Assembly: GCA_963813535.1 (NCBI GenBank)
Contig: CAWEZH010000003.1
Span: 1-64,000 of the forward strand
DNA from: an uncultured Chloroflexia bacterium
Lineage (GTDB): Bacteria > Chloroflexota > Limnocylindria > Limnocylindrales > CSP1-4
Direction: 5' to 3'
Length of the DNA: 64,000 bases
In this document: positions 39,336-47,402 of the stretch, in pieces
Numbering within the stretch: position 1 is the stretch's first letter
Layout: each line of letters begins with the position of its first letter
Made by a program: the position numbers and the translations under genes
Notes under the pieces: model-generated
Databases searched by the model: none
Told to the model about the DNA's origin: nothing
What the model saw: only the letters and a program-made list of their open reading frames with translations

Positions 39336-39364
39336 ACCATATCACACATGCAAACGCGTGCACA
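39336..39364 (-). promoter_or_regulatory. Arabinose-operon promoter with LacI-type operator
   Basis: TGCAAA-CG-CGTGCA at 39349-39362 has the central CG typical of LacI sites; -10-like TATGGT at 39341-39336. A related CATGCAATCG lies upstream of the LacI gene (28948-28957). Confidence 0.6.
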
Positions 39365-39418
39365 CATTCGAATTCTCGATGATCTGCACCGACTGGTGCG
39401 GCGACTGGAGGCCGGGCG

Positions 39419-40372
39419 ATGGGCGTGAAGCTGGGGGTCAATCTGTGGAGCCAGGCGAGCGACTGGCCCTCATTCCTGGCCGCCGGCCGCCGTGCCGAGG
39501 AGCTCGGTTACGACTCGCTGTGGACGTGGGACCACCTCTACGCGATCTTCGGTGACCCGCACCAGCCGATCTTCGAGGGCTACACCGCGCTGGCGGCCCT
39601 TGCCCAGGCGACCGAGCGCATCCGCCTCGGACTGTTCGTCGGCGCCAACCCCTTCCGCAATCCGGGTCTCGTCGCCAAGTCCGTCACGACCATCGACCAC
39701 ATCAGCGACGGCCGCGCGATCCTCGGCATCGGCGGCGCGTGGTTCGAGCTGGAGCATCGCGCGTTCGGCCTGGACTTCGGCTCGGGGTTCGGGCAACGCC
39801 TCGATTGGCTGGCCGAGGCCGCGCCAGCCCTGCGAGCCCTGCTCGACGGGTCGTCGGTGACGAGTCCGCCCGACGGTCGCTATGCGTTCGACGACCTGCG
39901 GATCGATCCGCCACCCCTCCAGGGCCACCTGCCGATCATGATCGGCGGCGCCGGCGAGAAGAAGACCCTGCGGATCGTCGCCCGCTACGCGGACATGTGG
40001 AACGTCTTCGGCACACCCGAGACCGTGGCCGCGAAGGATGCCGTCCTCCGCGCGCACTGCGCGGATGTCGGGCGGGACCCATCGGAGATCGAGCGGACGT
40101 TGGGCTGCAAGGTGACGATCAGGTCCAGCGAAGCCGAAGCCGAGCGCGTCCGGCGGTCCCTCCTCGAACACAACCGCACCCCGATGGCGCGGGTCGAAGG
40201 CGACGTCTCGTTCTGGACGGGAACCGCGGAACAGATCGCCGAGACGATGCTCGGCTACGTCAACGTCGGATTCGAGACCTTCATCGTCGAGCTCCCGGCG
40301 CCCTACGATGTGGAGACGATGGAGTCGCTGGTCCGGGTCGTCCGACCGATGGTCGACGCCCGCTTGACGTGA
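39419..40372 (+). CDS. LLM-class (probably F420-dependent) oxidoreductase
   Basis: Motifs LGYDSLWTWDH, FRNPGLVAKSVTTIDHISDGRAILGIGGAW, IMIGGAGEKKTLRIVARYADMWN. Confidence 0.92.
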   Translation: MGVKLGVNLWSQASDWPSFLAAGRRAEELGYDSLWTWDHLYAIFGDPHQPIFEGYTALAALAQATERIRLGLFVGANPFRNPGLVAKSVTTIDHISDGRAILGIGGAWFELEHRAFGLDFGSGFGQRLDWLAEAAPALRALLDGSSVTSPPDGRYAFDDLRIDPPPLQGHLPIMIGGAGEKKTLRIVARYADMWNVFGTPETVAAKDAVLRAHCADVGRDPSEIERTLGCKVTIRSSEAEAERVRRSLLEHNRTPMARVEGDVSFWTGTAEQIAETMLGYVNVGFETFIVELPAPYDVETMESLVRVVRPMVDARLT

Positions 40373-40382
40373 AGCGCTGACG

Positions 40383-41222
40383 ATGCGGATCGTCGTCACG
40401 GGTGGCAGCGGGAAGGCGGGCCGCTGGGTCGTCCGCGACCTGCGCGAGCACGGTCACGATGTCCTGAACGTCGACATCGTCCGCGACGGCAGCCCGCACG
40501 GGCAGTGCGTCGTCACCGACCTGACCGATCTCGGCTCGGCGATGGAAGTCGTCCGGGGTGCCGACGCCGTCGTCCACCTGGCGGCCATCCCGGCGCCCGA
40601 TCTCAAGGCACCCGGAGAGACGTTCCGCATCAACACGCTGTCCACGTACAACGTCTTCGAGGCGGCGATCCATGGTGGCGTCGGCCGGGTCGTCTGGGCA
40701 TCGAGCGAGACCGTGCTCGGCCTGCCCTTCGATGACCCTCCGGCGTTCGCGCCGATCGACGAGTCGCACCCGCCACGCCCCGAGACGTCCTACGCCATGT
40801 CCAAGCTCGTCGGCGAGATGCTGGCACAGCAGTCGGCCAGGCGCCACGGCCTGCCGTTCATCGGGCTGCGCATCTCGAACATCATGGAACCGGCCGACTA
40901 TGCGATGTTCGCATCGTGGCAGGACGATCCGGCGCAGCGGCGCTGGAACCTGTGGGGCTACGTGGACGCCCGGGATGTGGCGCAAGCGGTTCGCCTTGGT
41001 CTCGATGCGGATGTCCGCGGCGCCGAGGTCTGCATCATCGCGGCCGCCGATACGTGCATGACCATGGACAGCACCTCGCTCATGCAACAGGAGTTCCCGA
41101 CGGTGGACATGACACGAGCCCTGACCGGTCGCGAGACATTGCTCGCGATCGATCGGGCTCGTGACCTGCTGGGATATGCGCCGTCGATCAGCTGGCTCTC
41201 GGAGCGCTCGACGTCGGTCTAG
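40383..41222 (+). CDS. NAD-dependent epimerase/dehydratase (extended SDR)
   Basis: Motifs VVTGGSGKAG, VVHLAAIP, WASS, YAMSK. Confidence 0.9.
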   Translation: MRIVVTGGSGKAGRWVVRDLREHGHDVLNVDIVRDGSPHGQCVVTDLTDLGSAMEVVRGADAVVHLAAIPAPDLKAPGETFRINTLSTYNVFEAAIHGGVGRVVWASSETVLGLPFDDPPAFAPIDESHPPRPETSYAMSKLVGEMLAQQSARRHGLPFIGLRISNIMEPADYAMFASWQDDPAQRRWNLWGYVDARDVAQAVRLGLDADVRGAEVCIIAAADTCMTMDSTSLMQQEFPTVDMTRALTGRETLLAIDRARDLLGYAPSISWLSERSTSV

Positions 41223-41347
41223 ACGGTCGTCGGGCGGGACCAGTCGTCGCCGATGCCGTCGCGCGAGTCGGTGCCCTTGCTGAGCGCCGAGACGTCGAGC
41301 AGGAGCAGGATCCCCAGCACCGTTGCGATGATCGTCAGCAGTTCCAT
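41219..41347 (-). CDS. 42-aa single-TM small protein with GxDSRD motif (below the ORF-track cutoff)
   Basis: MELLTIIATVLGILLLLDVSALSKGTDSRDGIGDDWSRPTTV*. GAGGAG RBS 6 nt upstream; GC-rich third codon positions; divergent from MocR. Confidence 0.75.
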   Translation of the reverse strand: MELLTIIATVLGILLLLDVSALSKGTDSRDGIGDDWSRPTTV

Positions 41348-41429
41348 CTCGATCTCCTCGATCTGTCGTGGCTCGAGTTCGTAGAGACGATGGTGACGCC
41401 AGACTGGTCATCTGGTAAGGTCCATTCCG

Positions 41430-42836
41430 ATGGCGAGAACCAGGACCAGATTCCCAACGGAGCTCCTCGTCGAGGTCCGCAAGGACGATCCCCTCCCCCT
41501 CCACCAGCAGCTCGAGCAGGAACTTCGCGGGGCGATCCGCGGAGGCCGGCTGGTGCCGGAGACAGCGCTCCCGTCGACGCGTGTCCTGGCCGAGCAGCTG
41601 AGCCTGTCCCGCGGTGTCGTGGTCGAGGCATATGAGCAGCTCGTCGCCGAGGGGTATCTGACGAGCCTGCCCGGCGGCGCCACCCGCGTCGCGACTCGCG
41701 CGGCCGTCGTGCGACCGGAGGCGCAGGCACCCACGGCCGCGCGCGAGATCCGCATCAACTTCGCGTACGGACGGCCGGACGTCACGCAGTTCCCCCGGCA
41801 GGTCTGGCTGCGCTCGCTCCGGCGTGTCCTCGTGGAGGCGCCGAGCGAGCGGCTCACCTACCTCGATCGACGCGGCGCCGAGGAGTTGCGCGCGGCCCTC
41901 GCCGCCTACCTCAATCGCGTCCGTGGGACAGCGGCCGATGCCGAGCGCATCGTGATCTGCAATGGCTTCGCCCAGGCGATCGACCTCGTCACGCAGCTCG
42001 TCAAGGCGCGTGGCGGGCGGCGGATCGCCGTCGAGGATCCGGGCGATGCTGATGGTCGAGTGGCCGTCCATCGGCACGGGCTGGAGACGGTGCCGCTCCC
42101 CGTCGACGACGGCGGGATCTCGATCGAGGCGTTGCGGGACTCGTCGGCCGATGCGGTGTTCCTGACGCCGGCCCATCACTACCCGACCGGCGCGGTCATG
42201 GCGCCGGACCGTCGAGCCGCCCTGCTGGCCTGGGCCGACGGGCGCGATGCGCTCATCCTGGAGGACGACTACGACGCCGAATACCGCTATGACCGCGAGC
42301 CGATCGGGGCCATCCATGGGCTTGCCCCGGAGCGCGTCATCTACGCGGGATCGGCGAGCAAGACGCTGGCACCGGGTCTCCGTCTCGGCTGGATGATCGT
42401 GCCGCACGACCACGTCGACGCCCTCGGCGCGATCAAGGATGCCAACGATCGCGGCTCACCGAGCCTCGACCAGCTCGCATTCGCCGATTTCCTCGTCAGA
42501 GGTGAGTTCGATCGCCATCTCCGCCGGATGCGACCGATCTATCGCGAGCGTCGGGACGCGTTGCTCGATGCCCTGCGCCGGTATCTGCCTGACGTGCGAC
42601 CGATCGGCGCATCTGCCGGCCTGCATGTCCTCGCGATGCTGCCCGCCGGGATCGACGAGAGCCGGGCCATCGACGACGCCGCCCGATCCGGCGTCAAGGT
42701 GACCGGACTTGCGCACACGTACCGCGACCCGACACGGGCGCCGGGCGGGCTGATCTTCGGCTACGGGCAGGTCACCGCGTCCGAGATCGACGAGGGCGTG
42801 CGGCTCGTTGCCGACGCGGTCGACTCGCTTCGCTGA
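41430..42836 (+). CDS. MocR/GabR (PdxR-like) GntR regulator with PLP-aminotransferase domain
   Basis: wHTH LPSTRVLAEQLSLSRGVVVEAYEQLVAEGY; AAT motifs TPAHHYPTG, EDDYDAEYRY, SASKTLAPGLRLGW. Confidence 0.94.
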   Translation: MARTRTRFPTELLVEVRKDDPLPLHQQLEQELRGAIRGGRLVPETALPSTRVLAEQLSLSRGVVVEAYEQLVAEGYLTSLPGGATRVATRAAVVRPEAQAPTAAREIRINFAYGRPDVTQFPRQVWLRSLRRVLVEAPSERLTYLDRRGAEELRAALAAYLNRVRGTAADAERIVICNGFAQAIDLVTQLVKARGGRRIAVEDPGDADGRVAVHRHGLETVPLPVDDGGISIEALRDSSADAVFLTPAHHYPTGAVMAPDRRAALLAWADGRDALILEDDYDAEYRYDREPIGAIHGLAPERVIYAGSASKTLAPGLRLGWMIVPHDHVDALGAIKDANDRGSPSLDQLAFADFLVRGEFDRHLRRMRPIYRERRDALLDALRRYLPDVRPIGASAGLHVLAMLPAGIDESRAIDDAARSGVKVTGLAHTYRDPTRAPGGLIFGYGQVTASEIDEGVRLVADAVDSLR

Positions 42837-42844
42837 ATACGGAT

Positions 42845-42876
42845 GCGCCCCGGGGCCGTTCGACGGCCCGGGGCGC
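42845..42876. terminator. GC hairpin with UUCG loop between convergent genes
   Basis: GCGCCCCGGG(G)CCGT-TCG-ACGGCCCGGGGCGC. Confidence 0.65.
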
Positions 42877-42902
42877 GGGATACGCGGGTGGAGAGAGTCG
42901 AT

Positions 42903-43697
42903 TCAGCGGCCGAAGAACTCGGTGAGTGCCGGGGCGAGCACGGTCGGATCGACGTTGTGCTCCTGGCCTTCCAGCGTCATGACGTTGCCGTTCGGCAGCG
43001 CGGCCTCGATCGCCTGTGCTGTCGGGCCGAAGAAGTCGAAGCTTGCCGCGCCGATGAGGACGAGGGTCGGGACGGTCACGGACCTGACCTTGTCGACCGG
43101 CAGCGAGTAGTCGCCCATGATCTCGGCGTCGTACGCGAGGGTATGGGCGAGCGACTCGGTCCACTGCCACCACGGCTGGCTCCGGGCGCCGGCGACGAAC
43201 TCGGGCGGCATCCCGACGACCTTGGCCATGAAGTACTCGACTGCGTCGCCGCGGCGGTCCTGGGCGACCAGGTCACGGTAGATCTGGGCGGTATCCGGGT
43301 CGGGTCGGGGCCGGCTCTCATCGACGATGTACGGCGGCTCCCACAGCGCCAGCTTCGTGACCGGCGAACCCGCGGCCGCCGCGAGCAGGGCCAGCGCTGC
43401 ACCGGAGGACGAGCCGTACAGGTTCGCCGTGCCGCCGGCGGCGCCGATCACGGCGTCGATGTCCTCGATCTCGCGCTCGATGGCATAGGGCTGCGTGTCA
43501 CCCGACGGTCCGCGGCCGCGCCGGTCGTAGTTGAAGACGGTGAACCCGCCGGCGAGCTGCTCGGCGAGGCCGGCGTTGGATGAGCGGTCGACAGAGCCGC
43601 CGCTCACGAGGACGACGGCAGGGCCCTGACCGAGCCGGTCGTAGGCGATGGTCGTGCCGTCCTTGGAGGTGACGTACTCGATGGTCGTGCTGGTCAT
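42903..43697 (-). CDS. Alpha/beta hydrolase
   Basis: Motifs TSKDGTTIAY, YDRRGRGPSGD, GSSSGA, LEGQEHN; AAGGAG RBS. Confidence 0.9.
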   Translation of the reverse strand: MTSTTIEYVTSKDGTTIAYDRLGQGPAVVLVSGGSVDRSSNAGLAEQLAGGFTVFNYDRRGRGPSGDTQPYAIEREIEDIDAVIGAAGGTANLYGSSSGAALALLAAAAGSPVTKLALWEPPYIVDESRPRPDPDTAQIYRDLVAQDRRGDAVEYFMAKVVGMPPEFVAGARSQPWWQWTESLAHTLAYDAEIMGDYSLPVDKVRSVTVPTLVLIGAASFDFFGPTAQAIEAALPNGNVMTLEGQEHNVDPTVLAPALTEFFGR

Positions 43698-43737
43698 TGT
43701 GGTCACTCCTTGGTCGCGTCTATCTGCGCCGTGTGCG

Positions 43738-44286
43738 TTACTGGGCCGCGGGCCCGTAGGTCATCGCCTGCACGCCGGTCGTGAATGTCCGCGCTTCGAT
43801 GAGTCGAAGCGGGATCGGCTGATCTTCCGCATCGAACAGGCGCTTGCCGTGGCCGACGACGATCGGATGGACGAGTAGCCGGAGCTCGTCGAGCACGCCG
43901 GCCCGCAGCAGGCTGCGGACGAGGGTCGGACTGCCGGTGATCGAGATGTCCTTGCCCGACTGCTCCTTGATCGCCGTAAGCGCCTCGATGACGTCGCCCT
44001 CGATGAGGGTCGAGTTCTGCCACTCGACCGCGTCGAGCGTCGTCGAGGCCACGAGCTTCTGCGTGCCGTTCATGACGTCGGCGAAGGGCTCGTCACTCGA
44101 CACGTTGGGCCAGTACGAGGCGAATTCCTCGTATGTCTTCCGACCGAGCAGCATCGTGTCCGACTGGGCGGCCTGGGAGGCGACGGCCTCGCCCATCTCG
44201 TCGTTGTAGTACGGGAAGTGCCAGTCCTGCGGGGCCTCGACGACACCGTCGAGGGAGATGAAGAGGCCGGCGATGATCTTGCGCAT
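43738..44286 (-). CDS. Dihydrofolate reductase/RibD C-terminal-like protein
   Basis: Motifs MRKIIAGLFISLDGVVEAP, LLGRKTYE, GSPTLV, HPIVVGHGKRLF. Confidence 0.92.
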   Translation of the reverse strand: MRKIIAGLFISLDGVVEAPQDWHFPYYNDEMGEAVASQAAQSDTMLLGRKTYEEFASYWPNVSSDEPFADVMNGTQKLVASTTLDAVEWQNSTLIEGDVIEALTAIKEQSGKDISITGSPTLVRSLLRAGVLDELRLLVHPIVVGHGKRLFDAEDQPIPLRLIEARTFTTGVQAMTYGPAAQ

Positions 44287-44342
44287 GGTGGTCGTCCTTT
44301 TCTGGTCTGGTCGTCCGTGCCTTTAGGCGGTTTCATCTGGTA

Positions 44343-44369
44343 GTCGGAGCCGCGCCTCGGTTCTCGACA
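44343..44369 (-). promoter_or_regulatory. ECF42-type promoter for the DHFR-like/hydrolase genes
   Basis: TGTCGA-N17-CGAC on the minus strand, matching the TGTCGA/CGA(T)C consensus described for Streptomyces ECF42 sigma factors. Confidence 0.7.
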
Positions 44370-44397
44370 TGGCTGTAGCGACGATCTTCGCCAAGAC

Positions 44398-44703
44398 CGG
44401 TCACCGGGTGACCGAACGAGCGAACGAAGGGCCCGGCATTGGTGGGTTCGGCCGGCTCAAGGGTCGGATCGGTCACCGGGTGACCGAACGAGCGAACGAC
44501 GGGCCCGACAACGGTCGGTTCGGCCGGCTCACGGGTCGGATCGGTCACCGGGTGACCGAACGAGCGAACGACGGGCCCGACAACGGTCGGTTCGGCCGGC
44601 TCACGGGTCGGATCGGTCACCGGGTGACCGAACGAGCGAACGACGGGCCCGACAACGGTCGGTTCGGCCGGCTCACGGGTCGGATCGGTCACCGGGTGAC
44701 CGA
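44398..44703. repeat. 72-bp tandem repeat, 4 units plus a partial fifth, each beginning with palindrome CGGTCACC-G-GGTGACCG
   Basis: Units start at 44398, 44470, 44542, 44614 and 44686. Units 2-4 are identical; unit 1 has 6 substitutions, all outside the palindrome. Confidence 0.97.
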
Positions 44704-44729
44704 CCTGCCGCGGGCTGGCGGCGGCACAA

Positions 44730-44756
44730 TGTCGAGACGATGTCCCCGGTTCCGAC
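44730..44756 (+). promoter_or_regulatory. ECF42-type promoter for the yciI-sigma operon
   Basis: TGTCGA-N17-CGAC, the same architecture as the divergent site at 44343-44369. Confidence 0.7.
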
Positions 44757-44804
44757 CTTCCTGTGACGGCGCCCGGATGAGGCCCGCGAACGCAAGGAGT
44801 CCCC

Positions 44805-45155
44805 GTGAAGTACATGATCCTGATCCACTCGGACATGGCGTTCTGGGAGACCCTCCCGGAGGCGGAGGCGAACCGCGTCCTCGGCAATCACTACACGGTG
44901 ATCAACGAGACCAAGGCGTCGGGTGAGCTGATCCGCGTCGAGGGCCTAGGGAACGATCGCACCTTCATCGAGTTCCGCGATGGCACGCCGGCCGTGACCG
45001 ACGGTCCGTTCGGCGAGGTCAAGGAGCAGCTGGCCGGCATCTTCCTGATCGATGTCGACAGCCTCGGTCGCGCCCAGGAGATCGCCGGCCCGCTCGCCGA
45101 GTACGGCGTCGTCGAGATCCGGCCGGTCATGGAGGATGCCGGGACGGAGATGTGA
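44805..45155 (+). CDS. YciI/DGPF-family protein
   Basis: MKYMILIH...VTDGPFGEVKEQLAGIFLIDV...VEIRPV; AAGGAG RBS. Confidence 0.92.
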   Translation: MKYMILIHSDMAFWETLPEAEANRVLGNHYTVINETKASGELIRVEGLGNDRTFIEFRDGTPAVTDGPFGEVKEQLAGIFLIDVDSLGRAQEIAGPLAEYGVVEIRPVMEDAGTEM

Positions 45156-46408
45156 CCGCCTCCGACGCTGTTCCAGCCGACACCGAGGGCCTGCTCCGCC
45201 ACCTGGCGCCGCAGGTCCTCGCCGCTCTCGCTCGACGGAATAGCCAGTTCGACGCCTGCGAGGACGCCGTCCAGGAGGCACTCCTCTCCGCGTCGAGACA
45301 GTGGGCCGAGGACGGCATCCCCGACAACCCCCGTGGCTGGCTGATCACCGTCGCCCAGCGCCGGCTCACGGACCAGCTCCGCGCTGATGTCGCTCGGCAG
45401 CGGCGGGAATCGGCCGCGGCGGCCCTCCTCCCACCGGAGGCGTGGCACGTCCCCGCGCCGGACATCGACGACGCCCCGCCCGATGCCGACGACACCCTGA
45501 CGCTGCTGTTCCTGTGTTGCCATCCGTCCCTGTCGCCACCCTCGCAGTTGGCGCTGACGCTGCGCGCCGTCGCCGGTCTGACCACGACGCAGATCGCGGC
45601 CGCCTTCATGGTTCCGGAGGCGACGATGGCGCAGCGCATCAGCCGCGCGAAGGCGACGATCAAGGGAGCCGGGGCGCGGTTCGAGCTACCGCCGGACGAC
45701 GAGCGATCCGAGCGACTGCACGTCGTCCTTCACGTCCTCTACCTGATGTTCAACGAGGGCTACACGGCCTCGTCCGGCGAGGACCTCCAGCGACCGGCGC
45801 TGGCCGCCGAGGCGATCCGCATCACGCGGGACGTCCACGGCCGGCTGCCCGATGACGGCGAGGTCGCAGGGTTGCTGGCGCTCATGCTGCTGACCGATGC
45901 GCGGCGCCCGGCGCGGACCGAGCCCGACGGTAGCCTCATCCCGCTTGCCGAGCAGGACCGCTCGCGATGGGATCGGGACGCCATCCGCGAAGGCGTCGAC
46001 ATCATCACGGCGACGCTCCCCCGCGGTCGCATCGGCCCGTACCAGCTCCAGGCGGCGATCGCCGCCATCCACGACGAGGCGCCTCGGGCCGAGGACACTG
46101 ACTGGCGCGAGATCCTGGGCCTGTACCAGCTCCTCGAGCGGGTCTCGCCGAACCCGATGGTGACGCTCAACCACGCCGTTGCGGCGGCGATGGTCGATGG
46201 CCCAGCGGCCGGTCTGGCGTTGCTCACCACCCTGGACGGCGACGAGCGGATCGCCAGGCATCATCGCCTCGAGGCGGTCCGAGCCCACCTCCTGGAGATG
46301 GCCGGAGACGTCGACGGCGCGCGGACCGCGTACCGACTGGCGGCGCAGCGAACGACCAGCGTCCCGGAGCGGCGCTATCTCGAGGAGCGTGCGAGCCGCC
46401 TCGGTTGA
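45152..46408 (+). CDS. ECF42 sigma factor with C-terminal TPR/DUF6596 extension
   Basis: Motifs CEDAVQEA, LLFLCCHPSL, TMAQRISRAK, VLYLMFNEGY, EQDRSRWD, GPYQLQAAIAAIH; follows the DGPF gene. Confidence 0.93.
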   Translation: MTASDAVPADTEGLLRHLAPQVLAALARRNSQFDACEDAVQEALLSASRQWAEDGIPDNPRGWLITVAQRRLTDQLRADVARQRRESAAAALLPPEAWHVPAPDIDDAPPDADDTLTLLFLCCHPSLSPPSQLALTLRAVAGLTTTQIAAAFMVPEATMAQRISRAKATIKGAGARFELPPDDERSERLHVVLHVLYLMFNEGYTASSGEDLQRPALAAEAIRITRDVHGRLPDDGEVAGLLALMLLTDARRPARTEPDGSLIPLAEQDRSRWDRDAIREGVDIITATLPRGRIGPYQLQAAIAAIHDEAPRAEDTDWREILGLYQLLERVSPNPMVTLNHAVAAAMVDGPAAGLALLTTLDGDERIARHHRLEAVRAHLLEMAGDVDGARTAYRLAAQRTTSVPERRYLEERASRLG

Positions 46409-46417
46409 CGCGCCGTT

Positions 46418-47371
46418 CTACTGGACGGTCAATCCTCCGATCATGCCCAGGGCGGCGTGCGGTGCGCCCGTTGCCGGGTCAGGTACGAAGCAGATGAAGG
46501 CGTAGTTGCCGGCCTCCACATCGATGTCCATCGTCGCGGTAGACCCGGCGGAGATCCCGGCGATGCCGCCGGCGCTCGTCCAGGGCGGCGGTGCGCTCGA
46601 TGTCTCGCTCGAGCCGAAGGCCTCGACGATCTGCTCGATCGTGGTGCCCTCGTTCAGCTTGACCAGGGTGGCCTCGTGCGGCTGCGGGCCCTTGTTCTCG
46701 ACGGTCACGGTGTGCTGGCCGGGCGTGAGCGTCGAAAGACCGACGAAGGCGAAGTCCTGGAGGGCCAGCTCGGCATCACCCGCCGGGAGCGGGGCATCCA
46801 CGGCCGTGCCGGTGACCTCCATGGGCGCGATCATGCCCTTCGCGAGGTGCGGGATCCCGTCCGCCCCCGAGACGAAACAGAGGAAGGCGTACTGGCCGGG
46901 TTCGAGGTTGGCGGTGGTCGACGCCGTGACGCCCGGGGCAACGCCAGTGGGGCCACCAGCGAGTGTGAGCATCGCGAGGGCGGCGGCTTCGTCGGGCTGC
47001 TGGAGTGCGGCGGTCAGGTCGGCGAACGTCTTGCCGTCCGCGATCCTCGCGAGCTGGGCCTGATGCTCCTCCTTGCCGGTGTTGTTCACGGTGACCTTAG
47101 TGACGCCTGCTTCGATCGACGCCGGCGCAACGTAGGAAAAGTCCTTGGCCTCGATCGGGACGTCGGTCACCGCACCGGCCGATGCCGATGGCGACGCCGC
47201 CGACGCGCTCGGCTCCGTGCTTGCCGAGCCGCTGGGGCTGGCCGGGGCAACGCTCGGGCTGGCCGACGTCGCCGACTGGCCGGCGCAGGCCGCAAGCGTC
47301 CCGACCATCAGGGTCAGGATCCCGAGGACGCCGGCCACTCGTCCGGCGCGCGTTCGCGTATCGACCACCAT
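46418..47371 (-). CDS. Lipoprotein with two cupredoxin-like domains
   Basis: Lipobox LAAC. Two repeats: EHQ...AFLCFVSGADGIPHLAKGM and PHE...AFICFVPDPATGAPHAALGM (H-C-H-M type-1 Cu ligands). GGAGG RBS before ATG 47371. Confidence 0.8.
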   Translation of the reverse strand: MVVDTRTRAGRVAGVLGILTLMVGTLAACAGQSATSASPSVAPASPSGSASTEPSASAASPSASAGAVTDVPIEAKDFSYVAPASIEAGVTKVTVNNTGKEEHQAQLARIADGKTFADLTAALQQPDEAAALAMLTLAGGPTGVAPGVTASTTANLEPGQYAFLCFVSGADGIPHLAKGMIAPMEVTGTAVDAPLPAGDAELALQDFAFVGLSTLTPGQHTVTVENKGPQPHEATLVKLNEGTTIEQIVEAFGSSETSSAPPPWTSAGGIAGISAGSTATMDIDVEAGNYAFICFVPDPATGAPHAALGMIGGLTVQ

Positions 47372-47402
47372 CAGGGCACCTCCAAGAGTCCGGGCCATCC
47401 TG

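Noticed and set aside
44398-44703. CRISPR array
   Set aside because: The period and palindrome are CRISPR-like, but the intervening sequences are identical or near-identical, and there is no leader or cas gene in the window.
44333-44926. Repeat-protein ORFs on both strands (184 and 185 aa)
   Set aside because: They are open only because the 72-bp unit is a stop-free multiple of 3. They have no RBS and overlap promoters and yciI.
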